From: Oculina patagonica
Taxonomy: Eukaryota
Reading direction: 5' to 3'
DNA: 64,000 nt
Assembly (NCBI RefSeq): GCF_052425735.1
Contig: NC_135759.1
Location: forward strand, 32,922,001 to 32,986,000
Shown: in pieces, positions 1 to 11,800 of the stretch
Layout of the letters: every line of letters begins with the position of its first letter
Position numbering within the stretch: the first letter of the stretch is position 1
Made by a program: the position numbers and the translations under genes
Notes under the pieces: model-generated
Seen by the model: only the letters and a program-made list of their open reading frames with translations
What the model was told of the DNA's origin: nothing
Databases searched by the model: none

Positions 1-3000
1 CCTTTTCCAAGAGAAACAACGTCCACCAGGCCGCCTTCCATCAGTTCATCCTCGTCAGTTCCCGGTGAACTGTCGACTACAAAAATGAACAGTAACAATT
101 AACCACTTTTCACAGTTTCAAATGAGGGCAGTTGTTACAGGGAGTGGAATGTGTTGCTATCGGTGGTCAGGCGAGTATGGGCTTTTATTGAACGTTGTTC
201 AATCATTATGGAAACAAGGACGGGTTTTCCATTTCCTGTGTAATTTACGCACATATTTTGTCATAGAAATTGCTCTCGGTTAATCAATCAAATTCAAGAA
301 CGAGAATTTGCACAAATACACGGAGATGCACCAGGGGAAAGGATTCCTTTTACGCAGCGGATTTCTCTATAATTTATTTTGTAATGTTCCCTTTTCTCAC
401 CAGACCGGACGTCGTCTTCTTTTCTGTTTACTTCTTCAGAACTTTGCACACTGACTACTTGGATTTTCTGAAGTTGAAAAGTACTGGGTGAAGACCCGTG
501 CTGACTTAGCTTCTAAGTTTTATTATGCAAGTTTGCTAGTACTATTGCGTTCTTACCAAATCTTAACTATAATTAAAAGTAAAAATAGTAAGCCACAAAA
601 ATGAATCAAATACCTTTTGTAATGTATGGTTAATATGACATTTTTGTTACTTCAAGAGCAAGAGAAAATGAGGTTAGCTATGATAATCGTTAATTGAACG
701 TTGAAATCAATCAGTTTAAAGACTAAACTTTTATTTTAATAATTTGAGTTATGAACTATGATGCTTTCAGTATGTCGATTAAACACCTAGCGAAAAAAAC
801 GATGGGTCATTGGCTAGTGAGGCCTTCTAATAAAAGCTCCTAGATTACATCGAGAAAATAAAGGAATTGTTGCTGATGTTACTAAATGAAAATAATATTT
901 AATTTTTATCAAACCTTCAAGTTTTCCAGCTCAATATTCTTGGAAAACTTCTCGATGTGTCTTGAGACAGAGGTGGCTGCTCTGCAGGTAAGAAAGACCA
1001 TCTCTAGTTGACAACTAGATGTGCTCATCTAGAAAAGGAGAACAAGAGCAATTTACAATAAAAATTTCAGTGGATAGAAAGATTGAGGTCAATTTCGCTT
1101 CGGTTAAAGTCATAAAAGGTACGAAACAATGCTGAGTTATGTCAAAGTTCTTGTTCCTATAGAAACTAAGTGTTAACTGGGTGAAACGTTTGAAAAGGCC
1201 CGGCCGATACCGGAATCAGAATTCAAGTTTATTAAGTTTGTAGATGATCTAGCCCTGATCTGAACTACAGAGTCAGATGCAGGGGAAGACTGAAGAGCTA
1301 TCATAAACAGCCCAAAGAGTACGGCTTAAAATTTCCAATCGGCAAGAGAGTTCCCACCAGAGATGTTGTTTGGCTTTCAAGCCACTCATGATCAGAAAAA
1401 CTGGCATTCTTTATGAAGAGACAGTGATCGCATCATATAGCCCAAATTTCGGCCGTCTTCTCTGGCCGCTTACTCTCGAGTAATCGTCTTTTCCAAAAGT
1501 AAGCATCCGGAGAAGACGACGAAACGTCAAAAAATGAACCAGCAAATGATAATCATGATAGTGCGGTATTGTTTCTGACCTGTCTCAGACTTTGCGATTG
1601 TCGTTTAAACTGTGCTGCTGCTTCCTTAAGCGCTTGTAGAATAACATCTTGAAGGAAAAGAATTTGAATAAGATTTATTAATACTGCCCATGATAATAAT
1701 AATGATAATAATGACTTTATAAATGTGTCTACAGTATTAAATCCAGCAGTGTGGGGGGGGGGGGGGGGGGGGGCACTGATAATAGGAGACACCTAGCTAA
1801 AACTATCTAAAATAACCATGGCGGCCAGTCTTCAGTTCAAATTGTAGCGATTCCACAAACTCAAACTTACTTTCTAGTACAGTAAAAAATCATTGACGCT
1901 TTTAACGAGTGTCGACCTGTTTAAAGCCACGCGAAAAAAATTTCATGGGGATTAATGGTTAGGTGGAAAAAACCTCATAGTGCAATGCAATCGCGCATTG
2001 AGCTCCAACGAAGGACGGGCGCCTGAGTACGAGGCAGGTGTGACGAAATAAGTCAGTAGTTTTCGTTACGCTTTGTGTTTGCTTTTTACCGACATAAATC
2101 CGCAACGTGCTAGAGCGATCGTTAAAAGTATAGTAAAGTGAGTAAAGCTGAACTTATTAAGCAAGATGCTCCAGTTAACGCGAAGGCTGGTCCTGTATCG
2201 GCTAAAACTGAATACATAATAATAATAATAATAATTTGCTAATTTATATAGCGCATATTTTCATGTTCTGATTAATAGCGCTTTACATCTTATGAAAATA
2301 AAAATAAAGTTATAGATTATAAAAATACTTCTTAAAAAGATAAGTTTTAAGTTGAGATTTGAAACAGTCAAGTGATGTCGCTTGACGAAGCTCCACAGGT
2401 AGAACATTCCAAAGTTTCGGAGCTGCCACTGAAAATGATCTAGCTCCCAATGTTGACAGCATCTTTCCCTTGGGATGGTCCAATAAGGGCATGCCAGTAG
2501 ACCTAAGATTGTATAATGAATTCGATTTTATCCTAATTAGATCGCTAAGATAAGTTGGCGCCAGGCCATAAATACATTTAAAAGTCAAAAGTAAAATCTT
2601 ATAATCAATACGCAAAGAAACCGGCAACCAGTGCAGCTCGTAAAGCGCCGGTGTAATGTGAGAAAACTTTCCGATGCCAAGAATAAGTCTTGCTGCTGCA
2701 TTTTGTACACGTTGTAATTTAGCAATCTGCGCCTTTGGTAAGCCAAACAATAAACCATTACAATAGTCAAGACGGCTAGTTATAAAAGCATGAACCAAAG
2801 TAATTAAAGAATCCCTTGATAGGTATTTCTTAATACGTCTCAAATTATGCAAATGATAAAATGCCACATTACAAGCCTTGTTTATATGATCAGTCATGCT
2901 TAAGTTGCTGTCAAACCACGATCCAAGGTTTTTGACACATGGGCTTGGACTGATGCGATTATCGCCCACAGTAATGGAACACGAATCTAGTTTATCAAGC

Positions 3001-5239
3001 TGTTGTCGTGTGCCGATCAACAAAAACTCGGTTTTGTCATCATTGATCATCAACCGATCGTGAATCATCCATTTCCTCACCGCGTCAATGCACTTTTCCA
3101 TAGCTTGTATAGCATCAGCTTGAGCGGTGTTACCAAGTGGTTTAAAACTCAGGTACAGCTGCGTATCATCCGCGAAACAATGAGCATCAGGAAGATAATG
3201 TTCTACGATCTTAAACAGCTTGGACACATATATTATGAATAACAGAGGCCCTAAGCACGAGCCTTGAGGTACTCCGCAGTTCAAGTCAAAAGGACGAGAA
3301 AGGACCCCATGTACAGAGACGCGCTGACTTCTATCAGACAAGTACGATCTAAACCAATTCAGAGCAGTCCCACGTATGCCAACCTCGTCAGATAGCCTCT
3401 CTAAAAGTAGTTGATGATCAACGGTGTCAAAGGCAGCACTCAGATCCAACAAAATTAACAATGTGACGTGTTGAGAATTCATCTTTAACAAAATATCGTT
3501 CATCACCTTGATAAGTGCAGTTTCAGTGCTATGGAATTGCCTGTAAGAAGATTGAAGCACGGGAAAGATAGCATTTGAAACCATGTGATCGTAAACTTGA
3601 TCATTATAGGAAACCATGTGATCGTAAACTTGATCATTATCCCGGGATCATTATAGGAAATGTACGATACATGTAATTAACGCGAATTTCAAAAATTCGC
3701 GTTAATTTAATGTACCTTAATTTAAGTCATTGTTAATTAAAAACACTCTATTTAACAGCATTGTTATTTTAAGACACCTTTATTTCCTGGTAAGTTATAT
3801 TAACACGTCATCTACTTCTCCGTCAAAGCTGCAGGGATAGCAGAGGCAGTGGAAAGCGAGCGCCAGGACGGGATGTATTCCATCCCTGGACCCATGCATT
3901 GAATATTAGTCACTTTTTGGTCTGTGTAAATATCTTTGTTGTGTATGGTTTATCGGAATTAAACCTCAAGTTCTGATGTTGGACGTTCTTGTTTTGTCTT
4001 TGGAATAGCGCAGCTTGCTATAAAGATTACTACGCAACAAATTCGCGTTAATTAACTGCATGTAAGCACACACCACACGAGAATTCGCGTTAATTATATG
4101 CATGTAAACATAAAGTTTCGACAATTCGCGTTAATTTTATTACGCGTACATTTTGTTCGCGTTGTTACAATGCTTCGTTATATTCCTATAATAAGGTATA
4201 CCTGGTGTACACAGACAAGCCGACTTTTCCTTGAAAAACAACTTGAGTTCCTCAAAGGCAGTGTGGAGCCGCGGAAAGTTTCCTCTGACATGTTGCAAGG
4301 TGAAAACGTTCTGAAAAGATTATATAGTTTTCACTATTTCTTGATATCGCGATTAGAGTCATTCTGATAAATTAAACTAAACCATAAATTAAACTAAACT
4401 AAACAAAACCATCATTGAAAAGTTCTTGCTTGAATGGAAGAACAGTATATCAGTATATGACTCAACTGTAATACCTCTGGATGACTGGTGAGTGCAAATA
4501 AACCAAAGAATGGTGTTCGACATGGTCCACTCAGATGCGTGACAAGAGAGAAGAAATTTACCAAGGTATCATGAAGGTATTCACAGGTATCTGCGTCAAA
4601 TGGGGGACTGTAGTCTACGAGTAGCACCCGAGCTAAAAAGACAAATATAAATGCAGCATATTACAACCTGCGAATCCGAACTGAAATTTTGCCTGTGTAC
4701 TCGCAAAATCATTTGCAAAACTAGTTGCGGGTCCAGAGGTTTGAATGGAAAACGAAGGGGCAACGTGAAAATTGGCCCTTTTTTGCTTGAGGCCCTCTGG
4801 TCACTTCCACCACTGCACTGAAAACCAATCAGCATTGCTTCCCTCGCGTGCTGATTGTTGTGTGTAATTTGACAAGAACATGATGCAAACAAAAACTATT
4901 AAGCAAGCGTACCACGGGGAGTTAATTTGAAGGCCTTCCTTGGGGGGGGGGGGCGCCTTTTTTTTCTTTTTTTCTTCATTAATACATGTAAATTAAAAAA
5001 AAATACGAAATTTTCCTGTTAATTCATATTGTAAAGATAATCCTTGTTGTTCGGTTGTTCCCAACCATGTTTCAGCTTCCTTGTTCCGAAAATCCCTGGG
5101 AGTCCCTCTTATTTTTTTATTTCACGGAAAGATGCCCAATCTCAAATTTTATTTACGGTATTAAATAATATTTTTTTTCCTTGCCTGGTTGTCTTATAAA
5201 TGCTGTTCGGTTGGGTTGCTTTTCTACAGTTTTATCCAT
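1..5239 (-). CDS. M1AP: Meiosis 1 arrest protein (M1AP) orthologue, 5' part; continues beyond the left edge
   Basis: Hand-spliced exons on the minus strand: 5239-5185, 4632-4475, 4310-4202, 1647-1580, 1028-915, 467-401, 76-~1. All phases are consistent; introns are GT-AG except the first coding intron (GC-AG). Translation MDKTVEKQPNRTAFIRQPARVLLVDYSPPFDADTCEYLHDTLVNFFSLVTHLSGPCRTPFFGLFALTSHPENVFTLQHVRGNFPRLHTAFEEL...ALKEAAAQFKRQ...QLEMVFLTCR...KIQVVSV matches the remembered human M1AP N-terminus (QPPRLLIV...LCEALQNFFSLACSLMGPSRMSLFSL...QVKGNFARL...QFKQ...LEITILT...FQVV). A probable 5'UTR exon ends at 5472 (GTAAGT donor). Confidence 0.88.
1237..1336 (+). mobile_element. Degenerate RTE-like non-LTR retrotransposon RT fragment
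   Basis: Translates, with stops and a frameshift, as FVDDLALI*...QMQGKTEELS*TAQRVRLKIS. This resembles the FADD...GLKIN region of RTE-clade RT. Confidence 0.5.
2216..3640 (-). mobile_element. 5'-truncated L2/CR1-group LINE in an M1AP intron
   Basis: Contains the RT ORF 2310-3617. The 3'UTR has a TGTAAAGCGC...GCGCTATATAA stem motif and an (ATT)n tail at 2216-2235. No endonuclease domain or ORF1 is present. Confidence 0.92.
2310..3617 (-). CDS. LINE (L2-like) reverse transcriptase, C-terminal part of ORF2
   Basis: Uninterrupted 435-aa ORF with RT motifs HSTETAL, LLDLSAAFDTVDH, GVPQGSCLGP, FADDTQLY, KNLG, SRLDYCN and LHWLPV. Confidence 0.93.
   Translation of the reverse strand: MVSYNDQVYDHMVSNAIFPVLQSSYRQFHSTETALIKVMNDILLKMNSQHVTLLILLDLSAAFDTVDHQLLLERLSDEVGIRGTALNWFRSYLSDRSQRVSVHGVLSRPFDLNCGVPQGSCLGPLLFIIYVSKLFKIVEHYLPDAHCFADDTQLYLSFKPLGNTAQADAIQAMEKCIDAVRKWMIHDRLMINDDKTEFLLIGTRQQLDKLDSCSITVGDNRISPSPCVKNLGSWFDSNLSMTDHINKACNVAFYHLHNLRRIKKYLSRDSLITLVHAFITSRLDYCNGLLFGLPKAQIAKLQRVQNAAARLILGIGKFSHITPALYELHWLPVSLRIDYKILLLTFKCIYGLAPTYLSDLIRIKSNSLYNLRSTGMPLLDHPKGKMLSTLGARSFSVAAPKLWNVLPVELRQATSLDCFKSQLKTYLFKKYFYNL
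3650..4192. mobile_element. Putative non-autonomous TIR element with internal AATTCGCGTTAATT repeats
   Basis: Inverted ends ATTATAGGAA (3650) and TTCCTATAAT (4183-4192). The subterminal motif occurs in both orientations at about 3674-3710, 4040, 4082 and 4123. Confidence 0.45.
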
Positions 5240-5471
5240 GCCGTCTCGTTTTTCTGTGTTTCAAAATAAAGAAAAATAAAAGATAAGCTGCTTACAGAAT
5301 GAATTTCATTTAACTTTTTACTTGACTTTATAATGACGTTCAGTCAACGTCGAATTTAAATGTTTAATTTGAATAAGTCGCTTCTTACAATCTTTAATTT
5401 GCATGAAGCACACAAAAAACGAACGAAGTCAACGAAGCAAGCAAAGTCAAGTATCAGTTTAAACGACTTAC

Positions 5472-5802
5472 CTGATTTTACAAAGCTGTCGAGCTTATTT
5501 CTCGAGTTCCTCGAACGTGAATCGTTTCAGGGATAGTAATTAACTTTTCTCGTTTAAAGAAATATTCCAATAGAATAATAAAAAATGTGTTGTCATTATA
5601 AATTTGTTTTTTATTTCTCTTTCTCGAGTTTCCTATTCAAGTTTTTGGCGGGAAACTGAACGCCGGCCGCCCGCTCCTGATCAAAAGTCAATTTCTTCCA
5701 ACGATTGTTGACCGCTGCTCCAGAAACCGACGGCTCAATTTATTCCACGAGAACGCCATTTTAGAAATTTTATTGTAAATCGAGCTGAACTTTCGTGTAA
5801 AA
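5472..5802. promoter_or_regulatory. Bidirectional promoter region M1AP/PSMD13 with E2F-type and YY1-type sites
   Basis: Divergent genes about 330 bp apart and locally CpG-rich. TTTTGGCGGGAAA at 5643-5655 (E2F consensus TTTCCCGCC on the minus strand) and CGCCATTTT at 5754-5762 (YY1 consensus). Confidence 0.6.
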
Positions 5803-8800
5803 ATGAGGGATGTGAAAGGATTCCTTAGTAGGAAACAGAGTGAAGGAGGACCTTTGGCATCGGAATGGGTTGCTTTGGGTGAACTGTACGAGAAAAAGTA
5901 AGTTTTGTTCGATTTTGAGCGAGTTCAAGTTAACTGCTTAGTCATCGAGCTTTTTGTCAAAGTATTTCAGTTGTTGAAACTTCAATTGTGTTCGTGTCAG
6001 TCTCTTTTCCGTCTGATAGAGAATGTCGGCACATTTGCCAACAGATACTCTTTTAATATCTGTGTTAAAAACTTACATGAATCATTTGTTTTGCGACAAG
6101 AGTGATATTTTCAATTTGCATGATCATTCGTTGTATGTAGTCTTTATTAGACCTCAACTCAGCTTTACGATTTAATTTAATTTACTTCCCTTTTTTAAAA
6201 ACTTTAAAATTATCTTAAACCTTACGCGTTACTTAAGCTTTGATTTCGTAATGTTATCTACCTTTTAAACCTCGAATTTTATTTTTAAGTTTGTATATAA
6301 AGCACATGTACTGGCTATACATGTAGTTCACTTACTATTTAAGAATAATTTTTTCTTACATTTCCTGTACTCTTGCTGAAGTTTGAATCAAACATGTGAT
6401 ACTCCAGTCCATAGCAATAATGACAGGGGATTTAATTTTCTTAGACATGTATCTGCAAGGGAAACTGAAAAAAGGCTGAATGATTCAGTTGAGATATTTC
6501 ATGTGCATGTACTGTGCTTGTCATTATTTTTCATGTAACACACACTGAGCTTTTTTTCTGATGAAGGCATGACTTCACTTAATTATTAAGCTGGCCAATT
6601 TTTTCTGGTGACGTTTCCATATATTGGAACACAAAAACCAAACCTGAAATATAAAAACAATACAGTAAAAGAAAGCTATGACTCTAACTGAGGAAATACA
6701 AATTATACAAATTTTCTCAATGCTCATCAATGGTGCACCAGGACAGGTCCGGCTGTTTTTTTTGGAAAGTTGTGATAATTATAAGACGTTGCTTTTTTTC
6801 TTTGTTTTAATGACTGGGATGCGTAATATTGCAAAACATTGTAAAATGTTTTTCCTTAGGTTGTGGCATCAACTGACTCTAAAACTTACTGAGTTTGTCA
6901 AGAATGACCACTTTGCCAAAAATGGAGGACTTGTAGAGGTATAACAATATTTGCATACACTAGAAGTGTGTATATAACATCCTGTAAAGAGATGGTTATA
7001 AGAAAGAATACTGAAGAATAATGTCTGAACTCCTCTCCTTCTGTTTTTTTTACATCTTAAAAATATTGAAGAAAGGAGATATAGTTTTTTGGTTATTGTT
7101 GTTATGACAGGAGTTTAAAATAATGATAATAAAAAATAAATACAGGGTACATACAATCATGTAGACTCTTCTTTTTTCAATTTTGTTTGAAGTTGCTTAC
7201 TGCTTATTATTGAGGTTAATAAAGGAGTAATAACAAATTCATACTCACAAAATGTATGTTACACGTACATGTACATCCTCATCATTCAGACTGTTTATGG
7301 TACTTAACTTTAAAATGTAAATCTTGTTTTGTTTTGTTTTCTAGATGTATGAAAATTTCCTTGCAGACTTTGAACACAGGTAATTAATGGAAAAGCTAAA
7401 CACAGTAACGCACTCTAGAACCACGTTTTGGGATCAGGCAGTTTATTAAGATACTACACTTACATACAACACAAACGATATAGAAAATTGTAATACAATC
7501 TCAGAAATAAACCTACGATAACTAGAGGCCCATCAGGGCTTGTACTTAAAAACAAAACTGAAAATTATAAAACTCTAAATCACAAAGAAATTACAATACA
7601 TAGATAAAATCATACACTGTAACTGCCATGGAGGTGGGAGGGTGGGAAAGCTAAAATGTAGGGGTGTAATGATACATTGAACTATCGATGCATATTTGCG
7701 ATTGGGAGTGCTCCGATAGCGATGCATCAATGGCAAATTCAACTATCGATAACAATCGCGATAGTTTCATTAACTATCGATAGTTACGATAGTTTTCAAA
7801 TGGTGTCCTCTAGCTAGTACTTTTTCCTTGATTGAAAAATACCCCTCTTGTTCTCTGCCGTTTTTTCTCGGCTTTCTGTTCGTTGTTTCAGAATCCGTAC
7901 TGTACAACAAGCCATAAAAGCAAACTTCACGGACGTCGCTCATCTCCAGGGCCTTAACAGCCTTCAAAATTGTGGTTCGAAGAAAAACTCCACCCCCTCT
8001 GGGAGAAATAAATGATTACAACGCTATAAAGTCGTTAATTACAATACTATGGCAATAGTATCGCGATAGTGTGGTTCAATACAGTGTACAGGTCTGCGTG
8101 CAGCTGAGAGTGACTTGTTTTTTTTGTTAACAAGTACTAGCCTTGAGTGGGTTGCAGCTCATATTGACTGCAGTACCTGCATGCACATAACTTGAAAAGG
8201 TCATACTAATTGCCAAGTACATGTAGTGTTCATGTACAGTACCCTAAATATTACACATGTATATGTGTTACTATATATTGAGAGAGGAATCCACATCAGC
8301 TCTCACATGTTTGTTGTGGTTGTAATTTATCTGTGGTTTAAATTTGTTCAAACTTGTTTGATTTTCATTTCCCTTGTTTCAGATTATGATAATCAATGTG
8401 AAACAACGAACAATAAAAATTAAACTGGTTTGAAAAAATTTTAAACCAAAGAAAAAAAACTGTGTTCTAGCAGTGTCTGCTGTTTCTTATCAATGGTTGT
8501 TTCAAATTTAACTAATGAATGATGCTCTTAAACTAAAAGAGTTCTTTTTCTTTTTAACCCTAGAATAAACATGCTATCCCTCATGGAAATTGTGTTATAT
8601 ATCATAAAGGAAATAAAAGGTATGTTTTAACTACTTATAATAATTTATCATTGCCTGGTAGATATGAACATGTACAGTGTATACATGTACATTTTGTTTA
8701 GACTTGATTGTGGTAGCCACACGTTACTCTTTTCCTTCGTTTCAGAACCAGAAACTGCTATTGAGTTCCTAGAGAGGGAAAAAGAAAAGGTCTGATGTGC

Positions 8801-11800
8801 ATCATTGTAATTTAATTTGTTATTTGTTTTCCAGTGTTTATGGTTTTCATTTTGCCTCACATGCCTTCCAGTGTATCCGGCTTACCTTCAGTGACAGTTC
8901 AATCATGTAATTTGCTGCTCTTGATGCAGAGTATGCATATTTCAACAAGCAAGATTTTTCTTTATTTCAGATCAAAAATGATATAGAGGCTGAAGTTCTT
9001 TGTATGACAGCCATTGGCAACATTAAACTCCAACAGAGCAACATGGAAGAAACAAAGGTGGGAATTTTTTGTTTTGTTTTTTAGTTTGTTATGTTTTGAT
9101 TTTATGTGATCTCTCATAGAAAAATGTACAGTAGAGGTTTTCCATTTTTAAATGTACAGTAAGACTGTGCACGAGCCGTTCATCATCCGTGCAGAAAAAA
9201 ATTCCATCTGTGCAAACGGCTAAGGTCATCCATTCTGAAAAAATTACCGGTACATGTACATCGGTGCGAACAGCTAAGGTCATCTATTCAGAATCCGTTT
9301 TCGCATATGAGATCACATATTATGTTACTTTTCCTTGACAACACTGCTTGTCAGTAAAGTTTATTGTTACTCCATATATACGTAAGTCATCCCTGCACTA
9401 GTTGTTGAAACGCTAAATGTGTGGTTCCTGAAAATATCCATACCCTCCCCTAAGGGTGTGGGGGTGGGTCTCAAAGCCACAATTTGGTAAAGAAAAGTAT
9501 GAAGCTTAACTTGAATTTCCAAAGGGGTGGGGGATTTAAACCTAGAAGACTTCATGTGAGGGGTATTTTCTGGATATCTTCAAAGGTCTACAACATGTAC
9601 ACCTGGGTTTTAATGTTTTGCATAATAATTTTTGCAGGTGCTAGTTGAACAAGCCAGAGGGATGCTGGAGACCATAGATGGAGTGACAACAGTTCATGGA
9701 AGGTTTTATGAACTGTGCAGTAACTATCACAAAGTAAGTGTCACAATTTTTCACTTTCACCATAACGGTAGCAAATTATACTACTGGCTCATAACCTGCT
9801 TCGCACTCAAAGCACAGATAGGGGAAACTTACACACACAACTTACTCTAGCATTGTATGCATGTTGCTAGATACATGTATTTGTTTTAACAGAAAAATTT
9901 GAATCTTTCTTCTTCTGTAAAGGGTTATTAGATTTTGAAATGTAGTTGTCAACTTCTAGTAATGTAAGTGTCAGAGTTCTTTACATGGAATTTGTTTTGC
10001 GAAAAAGTAAATACTGTTAAAAAAAGGAAACGAAAATCATGTCTCTGAGAAGTATTCCTCTCCTCTTTGCCATGTGAAGTAAACTGTTTTCAAAATAATA
10101 CAGGCAGCTGGTGTGGGTTTGTTGATGCCTGCATGTCTTGATTTGACTGTGCTTACAGTGTTTGTTTTTTTGTTGTTGTCATTTTAGATTACTGGTTCAT
10201 ATAATGATTACTACAGAGATGCACTTCGCTTTCTGGGCTGCGTAGAAATAAGTACCATGGCAGGTCAGTTGTGAATTTGAAAGTAAAATATTGTAAAAAA
10301 TATATATTTTAAAATTTTCAGAGTGCAAATTCTGAGTTTCCATTATATTAAAGGGACCTTGTCACAGATTTAAGCCAAACTTAGGCATAGGAAATGACTG
10401 TCAAATTTGTTTAAATATCATAATTACCAGTAATAACCTTTTGAAACAGTGAAGGAATTATTATTTAAATAACACACCAAATGCAAAAGAAGGTACGGCT
10501 GGCCAAAAGTGATGAAGATTGAAACAGATTGCTTTATGTTTTTTTTTTTTAAAATGGCCCGGCAGAACAGTTTTTTGTCTACTTGTAACTTTGAATTATA
10601 GCACCCGGGAGACATATTTGACTGCAATGAAGCTATGGTTTTGTCATTTAGACTCATCAAATTAATTTCTTTGCAGACAATTTAGTTTCATACCGAATAT
10701 TTGACCAAATATTATAGCATAAAATTAACTAAGCCGTGACAGTTTTGTACATTGTACCCATGATTTTTAAGCTAAAAATTACCCTGTCAGGTCAAGTGAT
10801 CTAATATGCATAAGTCAACCACATAAATAGCCCTTATGCATGTTTATGTCAGACTGGCTAGTTTCACGACCAAGCCTCGCTTTCAAAGTGCAAACTTGTA
10901 AATTTTATTGTGAACGATATCTCAAAGCAGGAAAGATGAAAAGAATACCCATGTAAAAACTGCATGAAGGTGGAAGAAGGTTGGGAGTAATTCACGTAAA
11001 CGAGGCTTGGTGGCGAATTTTGAGGATTATGACGTTGTCACACATAACTAATAAGGCCTATTTGACAAAATTGCAGACTTATTACATCAACATTGTACCC
11101 AGACTGACTCTGAGACAAATGCCTAATTAAATCTGAGTATCTTGGTGAATTTCCTTGAGAAGCACCTTTGAGGAACTTAGCAACAGGATTCTCCTTAAAA
11201 TACTTTTTGTAGCATTACATGCCATTTGTTTACTCCAAATAACATGTGACAACCAACAATTTTGAATAAAATTGTCATGTGTTCTTTGACTTTAGGAGCA
11301 GTTGTAGGACTTGGTTAATAATTCGTGGAAGTGTGGGCTTTGAATAATTACATGTAGAGGGGCCACAATTAAATAGCTATCAACTGGCATATACATGTAC
11401 ATGTACATATACAATATAGTTGTTTATGTGTGAAATAATGCATGTGACATGATGTTCTCTGTTTTATTGCCACATGTAGCCGGTGAACAAGTTGACAGAG
11501 CCCTGCACCTTTCTTTAGCAGCTTTACTTGGAAATGATATTTACAACTTTGGAGAGTTGGTAGGTAAACGCTAACTTCTTTATTTCCCTCTTACTTGTGG
11601 CCAAGCAGTGACCACCATTTGGAGTTGTTTCCCAGTAGACCTAAGTTCAACTCCTCAGCCATGCTTGTAAATAGTACTGGTTTGCCTTTTGCCAGTTCGG
11701 ATTTTTAACTTTGTTACGTTTAATTTGTAATATTTGTTTCCAATGTTTGAATGCCCAGCCCCATTAGCACTTGTAATAGATCAGTTACTGAGGGTAAACA

